Numbered from the stretch's first letter, positions 42,201 to 53,318 are shown. The stretch is 64,000 nt of DNA from Tubiluchus corallicola (GCA_030141605.1 JAQGDQ010000163.1:186001-250000), one strand, 5' to 3'. Program-made: numbers and translations. Notes: generated from the letters alone by a model not told the origin.

Positions 42201-45200
42201 GCATCTTCCTGTTTCTCATGTAAGTAGAACGGATAAGCGCATTTTGCGACGTCAAGAATTTTTCCCAAGCCGGCCATGCTGAATTCTTGTACTACGGCAT
42301 CGTGTTTGAAATTCTACAACATATCGAAACCTTGTAGCATTGCTATATAATGTCTCATTATAAAATTCCTTAAGAAATGCACTGAATCAATGGAGATGCC
42401 ACCGTCCCATGTGTGAAAGCACATACAGTACGTGCTCACTTAACGCAGGAAAATGCAACATTAAGCAAAACGTCGTTAAACGAAGTCAAGACGTCTATAG
42501 AAAGCAAAGTAAAAGAATGGAGAAACATTCTAGGGGCAAAAATCAATGCTGCTTAATTCACATAAAATAAACGTTTTGTGAGTTTTATTCATATTTCTAC
42601 TGATTAATTAATTTCTGCTTGCTTGGGTGTTGAAACTACCTAATTTTCTTACTAATACCTAGCTATCAGTTTCATTAATGTTGAAGCCCCAGCTACACAG
42701 TCAGCTGTTAAATACTGCATAGTAAAAGCCCAGGAGGTCCTGAACCAATTTCGTTTAGATACTGATTGCTAGAACAAAAGGTTACAGACAAAATTTTTCG
42801 CATAAAATGTGCACACCAGTGCGTGGAGACGTTTAAATTGCAAATACGTACAACTGGCTGGTATTTAGCAAAAACATAATTGTACTGTCTTGTGTTACTA
42901 GTGTATTTTAAAACAAAATAATGCAATATGTACTGTTTAAAGTGTTTCTAACTAGGTAAAAAAGTTGATAAAATAAGAAATGCCTTTGAGCAAAGTAAAA
43001 AATCGTTAAAACGAAACATGCATCCTTAAGTGAGAAAATATTTCAAATGTTCAGCGTCATTAAAATGAAACATCACTAAACGGGGAGTTGTTAATCAAGA
43101 ACTTACTCTAGATTTGTCTTCAATGAGTAAAATGTTTTGAAGCTATAGAGCATATAAAAATACCCGGAAACAGTTTGCTGATGGTCAACCGTCTACTAAC
43201 CAACTGGACATTACTACATAGCTAAGAATATTCTGTGAGACAAGTCCTACAAAAATATAGTGTTTGATGTTGGAAACCCAGCAGAATTTTACAGAAAAGT
43301 AACCCCAAGGAAACCAGAAAATCACCATTAGATTTACCTGATTACTACGCATTCGTGACGTGCTGGACGTTTCCGATTGCTGACTGGACAATATTGACAG
43401 CTTCTCTTCACACCAAGCATACAAGAGACGATCAGTTAGGAAGACCTTATTACTCTCTGTAGGCACAGAGTAGACGAACAATGGCCCAAACATGTCAACT
43501 GTATCATAAATCTAAAAGAAACTAATGCTGTAACACAGCCACCTGTGGATGTCAGAAAAAGAAATCACAGCAACAGTAGAAAAAAAAGTGACAGCATTTC
43601 ATCAGCAACTCGGTAATTGCTAATTCAGGTACATACGAAGGTAAAACAATGTCCCTAACATCACTGTCATGATTATCGTCATCATCATCATCATAATCAT
43701 TATAACCATCAACAGCATTAATATATCATCGTGATCAAGAACAAACTCATAGGCATTATAATGTTCATCTTCCTTCCATAATTCAAGTCTAAAAAGCAAT
43801 GCTAGTAAAGACTAGGCTATCGCCATAATGTGGAACATTCATGTATTGTCAGTGTGCACTGTGTTTGCTACATAGGCGCTAAACATTTGCTACAAGCCAG
43901 TTCACCATATAAAACGTAATTTCTTAAAAAGAGCTCATCTACGATGTAATGACCTTGTTTTGAGTTGTACAGACATATAATGCGTTGCTTTTTTGTACTA
44001 ATTTATTGTTATGATTGTATTGTCTGGGATGAATGGAATACATACAGATAAATAGTAAATATAGCCAGTTATAGCCAGTCAAATGGATAACTATTACTGT
44101 AATTTCTAGGAAGTGGGATCTCTTTGCAATACTCATCTTATTACCATTATTGTTCTTGTTAAGCATTTTTAAAAAACTCTATATGTTTTGCTGTGATAAA
44201 ACAAATTCAATAAAATATTCCAAGATTTGGTGGAACTCAATCTTTAACATAATGCCCTACAAAATGGTTCAAATAATCCAGATAAGGGTCATACAAAAAC
44301 TGAAAGCTAGCTGTGCTATAGGTACAAATTATACAGCTTGATTCAAAAGGATATCTGCGGTTTACCTGAAAGATGCCATCGGCTTTTCGATGCTCAGCCA
44401 GCAGGTATCGACTCTTGGCGTACTCAGTTGACACCTTGCCCATCTTATCCCGCAGCCTGATTGGGGAAAACTGAGGTGTGGCTTCGGCTGAAATATGACG
44501 TGCACTATAATATAAGTGATGTATAATTAAACACAAAAAAGAGTGATAAAAAATACAAACGCCATTAATTTAACACACCCACACCTTATGCAGTCCTCAT
44601 GCGTAACATGGAACAGTATAGTGGCCTAATTCATGACTCGTGTTCGTAAGCATCCCCGACTCTGATTAAGATAAGGTAGAGAAAAGTTTGTAGTTAGTTC
44701 AAACTTACAAATCTAGATATGTAGTGTCAGGCAGGATCTAGATGGCTCTGGAAAAATCAGACTTATGGTACACATGCATGCTGCATTAATGAAGTAAATG
44801 GCTTTAAACAATATGGCAAAAGAAATTTTCTCTGCAATCACCCATCCATTTACTGATCAGGTTTGGTGTTACTTAACTTCACTCCCTTAGCATACACCAT
44901 GGTTACTCAGTTACTCCCCTGACTCAGAAGAAAGAGTATTGTAGCTTTATTACTAAAAGTAACACCTAGGATTAAAATGGCTAATGAGAACTAAAGTGAG
45001 AATTCATTACTTATTTGATCAGGTTTCAACAATAAGAGCACAAAAAGCCCCTCTAATCTTTGTCACTCTGTCAATCATTCACTCACCCACATTGAGTATA
45101 CTGTCTGTAGTACGCTGTCGAACGAAAATATTCAGTTTTTCTGCTAGCGTCATTGGTCGTCGTGGCTGTGCGTCAAGTTTCCTCTCCAACAGCAGTCGCC

Positions 45201-47975
45201 ACTGGTTGCCACTGACTGATGTCACCTAGAAAAACAAAGTCTAGAGTTGATGAAAAGCAAATTATTGTTTTAAGTGGCAAACATGCCAAGAATTCACTAA
45301 AACAGTATTCAGAACCGTAAATACTCTAAACTTTGTAACACTTAAGTTTTCAGCATATTTTACATTGCATTTTGATATGTTAAACAACGTATACTTCTCT
45401 TCAAATGCATGTGACTTAAATGATAAATTACATTACGTACACGTATTGTAAAGAAAGATCAAAACGAGCTAACAAATAAAAAAACGCATAAATCATTTTG
45501 CATCACAATAAGATTTTCGTAATTCGCAAAACTTTTTACTTAACGAACAAATTAACAAAACCAATGAATAGGTCTTACCAATAAATGCGTGCTTGATTGT
45601 TCATTGTTACTAATTATCTCCAATGTGTCTATTTGCTCAGGTATATAAGTACCGCCAACTTCTTTACCTTTCACTAAATCGATGAACACGACTTCACCGA
45701 GCTACAAAAAAAAGAGTAAAACCACATTAAGACTATTACACTTTTATAATGTTTACAACTGCATACAAAATGTGCCATTTTTTCAGGACTATAAGAAAAG
45801 ATCGCAAAAAATAGACAAACAGCAACGATAGTCTTCAATAAATTTATCTACTTTTTGCCTGTCTTTGCTGTATATTTGACTTTGTAGTGAGAAATGGCAC
45901 TTTTCTGACAAAGGAAAGAAAGAAATGTAAAATTAAGGTACAAACTGCTTGAGACTCATGTTGTTCTTGAATAAAGAAAGTTTAAAATGAAACTTGCAAC
46001 AAAAAACTATAAAAGACTAAATATTAACACCTTTCTCAGTTTTTCTCCAACACATTACCCACAATGAGTAATAATTGTTAAAATAAAGCGCAATGGTTAA
46101 CAAACTCTGGTAATCACAGTCACAATCTAATTAATTAAGTCTAAGGAGAATGAGACTCATTTTCTAGGAGACACTATTTTCTAGGAGAATGAGACTCAAT
46201 AAATAAAGATAAAAAGAGCATATTTAGAGAATGAAGTCGTGATTTACTTATGTTTCTCAATAAATGCCTACCTGGTTACCTAAGATACCTATGTGCTGAT
46301 CATCCAGTGTATCCCACCATACTACAGCCATGGCCTTGGCTACAAAGTATAACATAAATAGTATAATATACCTTGCCATACTATGGCCATGGACTTCATC
46401 GTACACAAAACACAGAGAAAATATATAGTTAAAGGCCTAAACTACTATGTTGGTAACCGTACTCACATGTACTAATTTGCATTCACAAATGTAAATGTTT
46501 TTAAGTATGTTTGTACACAAACTCAAACTTTAGTGTCATAAAGATGTTACATTCGTTATGGATAAGCACTTAGCAAAACTTTCTACTGAAGCTGAATTTT
46601 CATTGGTTGAATTATAAGAAGTCACTTGTGAGTTACAAGACCAGAATTTTTCACCATGTAACATGAAATGTTTAAGGTAAACATTTAAAAAACAAGGAGA
46701 ATTTGTTTGACTATTTATTTTACTCAAGTAATATATTTAACATCATTTAAAAAACACAGAAGGCTCAGTAATACCTTTACTACTGCGTGATGTGAATACT
46801 TCCGTAATATTCACAGTATTCCAAATCTGATTAACCTTCACCGTCGAATCCTGAAAAAATAAAATGTAAACAGGAAATTTTATTTATAACTTGATGTGAA
46901 ATGCCCATTGATTTGGCACTCGGTTTGCATGTTCACTGACTAATTATGAAATATACTGTGATTTGTGGTAATGGTGTACTTCACAGTCCAGAAAAATGGA
47001 TGGAATTTATTGTAAATGACACTGTTTTCTTTTTTTCACATAATGTTAATAATTACATACTTTCTCACCCAAGCCCTGTATAGTTGTTGCATGGAAAAAC
47101 AAAAGTACACAAAATTACTATTTAACATATAAATGAGTAAATAAGTTAATGACTTCACAGCTTTGATTTTCAATATTTATGCATAGTGTATCTTGCTCTA
47201 CTCAGTATTAATAGTTTTTTGCTTAAAAACAATGTAAAATTACAAATTACAATTTTTTCTAAAAAATTTCGCAGCACAACACTGAAACCAGTTCAATAAT
47301 AGAAAAATAATGTCAAGTTAGAAAGGCTAGCCATGCACATACCATAGCAGTAAGAATGGGCAAAATGTACAGAGAGTTATTCTCACTGGCACATAGTAAC
47401 CATGTTCCACTAGGATCAAATGCCATGGCAATGATCTTTGACATTATGGAGCTACTCCAGTCGATGCGGTGGAGGACTGCCGATTCACATCCGGAGCTGT
47501 ACCTGACGACTAATGTACCTGTGAGGTAGTTACGTGTTTCTATGTACTAGTAAAACCACAATCAAAGCTAGATTCAATGGAATACATTACAATACATTAG
47601 AATAGTCATAGCACATCCAGTTAAAGTTTGCAATTAAAGTTTACAAGTTTACAAATGAAAGTTTCCAGTATTCACTATCTTATTAGGTTCTCTTTTGGAA
47701 CAACTTCATTCACGTGTAATTTCCATAGAAAAAAGTAAAATAAACTGATATGAAAGAAATTCATCTATTTTTTTACCATCTTGACATATAACAGCCAGAA
47801 GACTACGCTCTCCGACGTCGCTCCAAGCATACAGCTTTAGGTAAGATTGTGCCAACACATCTACACCTTGTTCAGTCTCATTGGTTGAGGCTTCATCAGC
47901 TTTAGATGATACGGACGTCACGCGAGACAAAACATCAAGATCTAGAATCTTCACAATCTCAAACAATGGAAACAT
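18280..47975 (-). CDS. Large multi-exon RCC1-repeat protein, claret/GLO-4-like (putative Rab32/38-type GEF for lysosome-related organelles)
   Basis: Approximate exons: 47975-47777, 47518-47343, 46851-46775, 46339-46272, 45702-45579, 45225-45087, 44503-44366, 43511-43338, 42313-42141, 40475-40395, 39006-38772, 37230-37000, 35286-35066, 33719-33604, 33112-33017, 32531-32405, 31319-31115, 30049-29845, 28646-28522, 27954-27831, 27151-26996, 26530-26380, 25435-25298, 24825-23851, 22895-22787, 22504-22203, 21332-21130, 20459-20368, 20109-19934, 18836-18280. Seven RCC1 repeats (e.g. VSCGFEHSVALTSNGVYAWGNNRYGQLG, ICAGYAHSAALTEKGEVYTFGCAGYGQLG), N-terminal WD-like segment (AFDPSGTWLLCASENNSLYILP) and C-terminal Cys/His motif. 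The start codon and a few junction phases are uncertain; claret orthology is inferred from architecture. Confidence 0.75.
19215..19545 (-). repeat. Dispersed repeat (MITE-like), inverted relative to 14780-15115
   Basis: Reverse complement reads ttgaatgtaatttttgacatttgaactggaattaatccgaatttcaagatttcga..., similar to the sequence from 14781 onward. Confidence 0.65.
21715..22046. mobile_element. hAT (Charlie/SPIN-like) non-autonomous MITE, 332 bp
   Basis: Perfect TIR CAGTGGTTCTTAACC...GGTTAAGAACCACTG; perfect 8-bp TSD CTTTAGAG at 21707-21714 and 22047-22054; internal GGGTTCG repeats. Confidence 0.93.
29168..29268 (+). repeat. 23-bp tandem repeat (about 4 copies)
   Basis: gtacatctagtatattatttttg repeated. 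Confidence 0.85.
30211..30573 (+). mobile_element. 5'-truncated RTE-clade LINE or RTE-tailed SINE insertion
   Basis: KIQEARLRRYGHLRRR...RRRGRPKR (RTE ORF C-terminus), (GAA)n tail, and 19-bp TSD AGCAAATTATTACGTGACA at 30192-30210 and 30574-30592. Confidence 0.88.
33750..34060 (+). mobile_element. 3' fragment of a non-LTR retrotransposon (ETGRY...RLC..C...H...C zinc-knuckle end)
   Basis: RCGVTSIRLETGRYK then (frameshift) LPEVQRLCLFCNSISTQSELHVLTGCELYQD. Confidence 0.65.
39876..40120 (+). repeat. 34-bp minisatellite, about 7 copies
   Basis: gtaggtgaataatgagcaacctataatataggccagaat-type unit (period about 39 nt in the full-length copies, shorter conserved core); one copy has a 7-nt internal duplication. 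Confidence 0.8.
41114..41200 (+). repeat. 28-bp tandem repeat, 3 copies
   Basis: acgcattacacattacggatcacagatc repeated. Confidence 0.9.
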
Positions 47976-48439
47976 TTTTGGAGTTTTATGAAAAAATCCG
48001 TTAGCTACGTGACGTCTGAAAAGTAAGAAAAAATACATAAATTTAGAAAACAATCTTAGTAAAGTAGAAATTTACAGCTTATTGATTTCAGCATCAATAA
48101 AATTACAAGCAATAACAAAAAAAAAACCAAAGTAACACAAGAACAAATAATTAATGTAGTTTCACGTTGATATGTAAGTCATCAGCTTTATTGTTTAAAC
48201 GTTAATCATAACTGATGTCGTGATGGTGGTGACTGGATCAATACCAATGCCAAAGAAAATCACTCGAGTTCAAATAAAGTTTAGCAAAGCAATATTTAAA
48301 TGTAAGCTCATAAAATAAAAACGCCTTACAAAGTATACCATAGTATTCACTTCCAATAACGAACGGGGAAATTACACGTTATTATTTATCTTTGGTCAAC
48401 ATGATAATTATAACACAGAGCAAAAGGTTAAAAATAAAA

Positions 48440-48545
48440 CGTGAACGCAGCCATTCTTGTTTACACTTTCTCATACTGTACCCCGCCTGTTGATTGGCTA
48501 GGAGAAATGAAACATTAAAATTTTGTCCCTATTGGCTGAACCTAG
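48440..48545 (-). promoter_or_regulatory. Putative promoter of the RCC1-repeat gene, two CCAAT boxes
   Basis: gattggc at ~48492 and attggc at ~48531 (CCAAT on the - strand) with a GC-box-like ccccgcc at ~48481, ~500 nt upstream of the first coding exon. Confidence 0.4.
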
Positions 48546-48764
48546 TGATCAAGCAACCCTGAAAACATGAAACAAAGTACGCTTTTGCTGTTTGTTCCAT
48601 GTTCTTTTATTGAGGGCTCGGATCACAATCACCCACAACGTGCCACTGATTGACTAATCATTTGTTACTCGAATTAACAGAAGGGGGTGAGCCTGAACGT
48701 TGGAGTTCACACGTTCGATTCGGATGTTCGAAAGTAGTTATGCAGGTAATTAGGCAGGCAGCCA

Positions 48765-48850
48765 GACAGACAGAGAGAGAGAGAGAGAGAGGGGGGGGAG
48801 AGGGAGACACACATACACACGCACGCACGCACACACACACACACACACAC
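48765..48850. repeat. Compound (GA)n/(G)n/(CA)n microsatellite
   Basis: Direct inspection. Confidence 0.95.
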
Positions 48851-50249
48851 GTAAGACACATTAAGTACTTTGCCTTTTTATTATAGTCAGCAATTCTGTG
48901 GTTTTCAATGGGAAAAAATAAATATTTTGGTTAAAAAGCTCAGCCTACATCATTGTTTAAATGGTGCTGTTTAATCAATAATACTGCAATTCTAAATTTT
49001 GAGTAAGAGTGATTCTTATAATTATGAAATTACATTACTTTCATGGTATAAGGATGAGTGCAAAAAATTTGGTAGAAATAGGATTGCCTCATTAGCGTGA
49101 TAATAATATAACTCAGGAATCAATATAGTGTTAATAATGATTTATCATAGATAAGTGCTTTGCACAATACTCAAAACAGAAAGTCTAATAGCGATTTAAA
49201 CAAAGTTTTTTGTGTAGTTTGGCGCCTGACAAACTGTAGTCCTGTCAACGACAGGTCTGCATATTAAACTAGATAGTTGTGGCAAGATCAGAACTGCCCT
49301 CAATTTCAATGTTCATGTTCAGAGATAACTGACAGAAGTTGCCCATGTTTGTTTGTATGTACATGCATCCTTTTTCAGTACAAAGATCAGTGTCAAATGA
49401 AATGCCAAACCAATTTTAGCACGATCACCCATCAATTTTCCAAGTAGGCTTTGTGTTGCTTAATTTTCATAGGAAGCTACAGACAGTGGGCTTCAGAGTT
49501 CGCACTAATAACTGCAAGCAAATTACTGCTCATGTTCATTAGAATACAATAACTGCATTACACTGGTATTTAAAAAACCCAATAAAGGTTAGTGTCAAGA
49601 TTTGGAACCAATCACCAATCATAAGTTATCAGTTGCTTGAATCGAAAAGTTTCCAGAATAAATAGAAAGCTGTTTTATTAACAACTAACTTTTGAAAAAT
49701 GCGTCAGTTGTGAAGACAATAAGGCCACATGAAGAACACAGCAGCTTTGTTACCAGGTGCAAGCTCAGCAGCAGTGCTTAGTTAACGTACGGTTGTCGAA
49801 GGCTGTCACACGATTTACATGCTTAAGGACAAGAAAATGGGTACCTGAAGTTGGTTTCAGAAAAATCGCCTTAAAAAATTATATTATCTTATAGCAAATT
49901 TTTGCGTATTTGTACTATAGTTAAAGGCAATTTTTGTCTGTTTTTATTTTAAATATCCCACAATACTGTTCCGACGGCACCATTACGTGACGTCACCTAT
50001 GCAAACGTAAATCAGGGGAACAAAAGGCATTGTTAAATTGTGTCCCAAAAAAACGTTCCATGCAAATCTACATCACTTAGCATTTCGCTTACTTGCTGGA
50101 AAGATTTATAACTAGAAATAATAATTTAAAACTAGCCAAATTCTGCAAAAATAATTTTGCGCATAAACTCACAACGACCCACACCACACCACAACACACC
50201 ACCACCCTCCACACCACTCACAACACAACACGCCATACCACCCACACCA

Positions 50250-51161
50250 TACTATAATGATTGTGCAAGCAAGTACGCCTGGAATGAGATCCGAGGAGCC
50301 ATAGAGAAGGCATCTCGTCAGGTACAGACTGCTCAAACGATACGGGTGAGCTCCTTATCCTCATAATTAATGAACTAATCTCAATGGGAAAAGATTTGTT
50401 AACCGCAGATTTGGCAAGAATCTCAAATCGTGAGCATCCAAACTCAAACTGATACTGGTTGGACAAAAGCAAGTAAAAAAGCGTCTGCAAATTTTACAAA
50501 AAAGGGAACTGCAAATTTGGCATTACTGGAAAAGGAGCCATGTATGATCATCCCAAGACATATAAAAAACTATTGCAGTATGGGGCTACGTCTTGCAAAA
50601 GGTCAAATTGGGTAGAAAATGTGAAATTTCTTCACCCAAAAATTTGTAAAGATCACATTCTGATGGTATTTGTCTATACCGGAACTGTATCATATGTTCA
50701 CATTAAAGGCACAAAAAGGACAGCTTGATTGCACAAGTCACCTCTAGGATCAATAAGAAAAAGGTTGAAGTTTCCACCAAAGCAAGAAGTCCAGCTGGAA
50801 ACGTGCAAACAGCTCCATTGGATGCCGATGATAATCACACTACAAGCAATCATTTTTTAGAAGTACGGAGTGCTGTTCGTCAGATACAACAGCAAATGCA
50901 ACAAATGCAGACTGCTTTAACTCAAATTGCAGGCATTCAAGCAAGCAAACCAAAGCCTGTATCCCATGGAAATGGACAGGAACAGGAATCCTCAATCACA
51001 ACTAATAAAACAATCTGATATTTGTAATAACTTTGATACTGTCATTTGATTATTTTATTATAGTAACTCTCGTCGTCTTGTTAATAGGAAATCTCAGTTT
51101 GACTTATTGTTAAGTGGTCAGGGAGAATTGCATTAATAACTGAAACTTGGTTTACACATAC
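50250..51161 (+). mobile_element. CR1-like LINE, 5' part: degraded ORF1 (CCCH zinc fingers, coiled coil) and start of the ORF2 endonuclease
   Basis: Frameshifted CKFYKKGNCKFG...CMYDHPKT...FLHPKICKD and Q-rich coiled coil (VRQIQQQMQQMQ), followed by the APE motif ALITETWFTH immediately before the LTR insertion. Confidence 0.65.
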
Positions 51162-51342
51162 TGTTTGGGCTTTCAAAAACCAAATTCGAAGCTCCATTAA
51201 ATTTTGCTGCCAAAACATGTCATTCCATCTAAACATAAGAAATTAGTGCCAAAAAATAACAAATAAACAAAAAATAACAATAGCCAAAAGTCAATTTTAC
51301 ATAATTAAGAGTTATACACTGCACTGTCGTATTAATTAATAC
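51162..51342 (-). repeat. 3' LTR
   Basis: 163 alignable nt with 6 substitutions versus 53319-53502, plus an 18-nt extra segment and a 21-nt gap (manual alignment). Confidence 0.9.
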
Positions 51343-52766
51343 CGAGTTAAATGACCATACCGAGAAGCCTCGTGGTGTGTATAATGTTCGACGCTCGCTT
51401 CAAAACGTCTAATAAAGCGCCAAAAATTCATTACATCGCCGTCGAATTTCTCTAAATCAATTGATGGCAGCTGCATGGCATTATACATTTGCATACGTCG
51501 GCGCTGCCCTTCTAGCATGATGCTCATGACTGCATTTAAGTCAGTTGGATTTGTTGGTGGAGCGGACGTTTTGCCTAAGCGCTTTTCAAAACCAGAAGCA
51601 GCAGGCCAAAATTCGTGAGGCCTAATGTCTGGCATAGCATGAAACTGTGTAGGCCTAAATTCTGTCGACGATTTTGGGACGAAGTCATCTATTGCTGCTT
51701 TCAAGCGGCTATGTTCATTATACGTTTCATAATTAGAACGAGTCTGTTGAAGCGCTGCACATTTATTCTCAGTTTGAAACCCTGGCTCTACTTGATTGAT
51801 GTAATTCCCCAACCAGCGACTAAGCATTTTCGATTCATAATCAGTTGCGCCTGTAGGTGGCGCCACGTGCCTGCAAATTGTACTGAGTATGTTGTCCCAT
51901 GGTTTCCGGGAACCTATAAAGTGAACAACTTTAACATGATTACCAAATTGTTTAACAGCTGGTAAATAACCGTAAGCACCCTTCAAGACAGCATTATATG
52001 CAAAAGGCAGATGTTTATGAAAATCTATAACCCAGGTATTGAAATATAAATTTAACAAGCCCTGGTCCCCGCCGTCAAATGAACTAGCATTCGTCTGTGC
52101 AAACGATACAAGTTTTTCGCAAGTACTTAGACTAGGCCTAAATACAAACACCCCACTATTAAAGCAGTCGGCCCACCCGACATCTGGAGCAGCAGAGAGC
52201 TCCTCATAATTGAACATATCATCAATGTTACTTAATACTAACGTATCCGAGTCCATAAATACACATTTACTGAACTGAGTTAACTGCCAACAGTGTAACT
52301 TAGTAAATGTAACATTTAACTCTGGCCTACCTAATAAAAGTAGATTTTCAGTATCATGACTATCAATCAAATTTACATACTTAACATAATCAAATTTATT
52401 TTTAAGTTGCTCTACTGCAACGTGAGAAACCTCTTTTGTGATCATCACAACCAAGCGACGCTTCGTTTTAACCTCCCGTAGACTGCATGCCAGCACCAGT
52501 GCTCCTAATGCGTACTTGTCGTTTGTGACCAAGGTAACGAAGGCTTCTTTTAAGCAGCTCTGTTCCTCCTTAGGTGTGATTTCATTTGAAACCTCGTTTG
52601 CAAGGACGTCGGTTGTCTGTAACCAGTCAGCTACCTTCTGTTTACAGCTTTCACCAGCAGATGGCGCCACATCCTGCCTGGACTCAACCTCGTCGTGACT
52701 GTCGTCGTCATTAGCACCACCAACTGTAGCCATCTCTACCTGCAGGCGTTCGTGTCTCAGCTTCAT
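51336..52766 (-). CDS. Gag-glycogenin chimeric ORF (476 aa from first Met; frame open from ~52910)
   Basis: GT8/glycogenin ~52547-51790: EAFVTLVTNDKYALGALVL, FTKLHCWQLTQFSKCVFMDSDTLVLSNIDDMF, ELSAAPDVGWADCFNSGVFVFRPS, SFDGGDQGLLN, HLPFAYN, AYGYLPAVKQFG, VVHFIGSRKPW. Gag-like flanks on both sides; the stop codon is supplied by the LTR. Confidence 0.85.
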   Translation of the reverse strand: MKLRHERLQVEMATVGGANDDDSHDEVESRQDVAPSAGESCKQKVADWLQTTDVLANEVSNEITPKEEQSCLKEAFVTLVTNDKYALGALVLACSLREVKTKRRLVVMITKEVSHVAVEQLKNKFDYVKYVNLIDSHDTENLLLLGRPELNVTFTKLHCWQLTQFSKCVFMDSDTLVLSNIDDMFNYEELSAAPDVGWADCFNSGVFVFRPSLSTCEKLVSFAQTNASSFDGGDQGLLNLYFNTWVIDFHKHLPFAYNAVLKGAYGYLPAVKQFGNHVKVVHFIGSRKPWDNILSTICRHVAPPTGATDYESKMLSRWLGNYINQVEPGFQTENKCAALQQTRSNYETYNEHSRLKAAIDDFVPKSSTEFRPTQFHAMPDIRPHEFWPAASGFEKRLGKTSAPPTNPTDLNAVMSIMLEGQRRRMQMYNAMQLPSIDLEKFDGDVMNFWRFIRRFEASVEHYTHHEASRYGHLTRY

Positions 52767-52813
52767 GGCCTGAAGTTTGAGTTCCTGTTCACGAATTTTC
52801 AGCTCCTGACTCT

Positions 52814-53146
52814 TCAGCCTTTTGCACTGTCTTTGCTGCCTTTGCGCATGGACGTGGTAGATGTTCTTAAAACACCTGCAGAAATTGAAGCTGCAACAGT
52901 AGCACGCCCGTCATCAGTGCCAGTTTGCCGTGCTGACGACTCTTTAAAACCGACTGTCTCTATACCACCGGGCTGACCGTGTGCACCAGCTAATTTACTG
53001 AAGCCAGGCTCTCCAAGCTCAGACTCCAAAACTCGCCGCACCAACTCTGCTTTACTACCAGCTACTATCAAGCCTTTTTGGCGTAAAATTGTTCGCATTT
53101 GTTCAACAGTTTTATTTTTTAACTCTAGCTCTCTTTGTTGATACAT
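52814..53146 (-). CDS. SAP-domain N-terminal gag segment (110 aa), one base out of frame with the downstream ORF
   Basis: LKNKTVEQMRTILRQKGLIVAGSKAELVRRVLE fits the SAP consensus (L..LTV.ELK..LK.RGL...G.KAELI.RL.E). Confidence 0.75.
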   Translation of the reverse strand: MYQQRELELKNKTVEQMRTILRQKGLIVAGSKAELVRRVLESELGEPGFSKLAGAHGQPGGIETVGFKESSARQTGTDDGRATVAASISAGVLRTSTTSMRKGSKDSAKG

Positions 53147-53318
53147 TGTCTTGTTTTTCTCAGGCCTAGAAAGATCTGGCTATGCGTTGAAGTAAAAACC
53201 TTCCTATATGCAAAGTAGGTTCACGCACCAACCTATAGCATACTACGCTGTCCACGTAGGCCAACTGTACAAAACGGCTGTCGAGCTCGTTGATTGTCAA
53301 GGTCGTTTAACATGGAAT

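Noticed and set aside
42053-42277. 74-aa ORF as a nested gene in an intron
   Set aside because: Its core (42313-42141) has AG/GT boundaries in phase with neighbouring exons of the RCC1 gene, so it is an exon of that gene.
51336-52766. The host's ordinary glycogenin gene
   Set aside because: Intronless, LTR-bounded, lacks the synthase-binding C-terminus and is fused to gag-like sequence.
52814-52950. Programmed -1 ribosomal frameshift between the SAP and GT8 ORFs
   Set aside because: The TTTAAAG near 52945 is not phased as X_XXY_YYZ and lies upstream of a stop in the -1 frame; no slippery site was found within the overlap.
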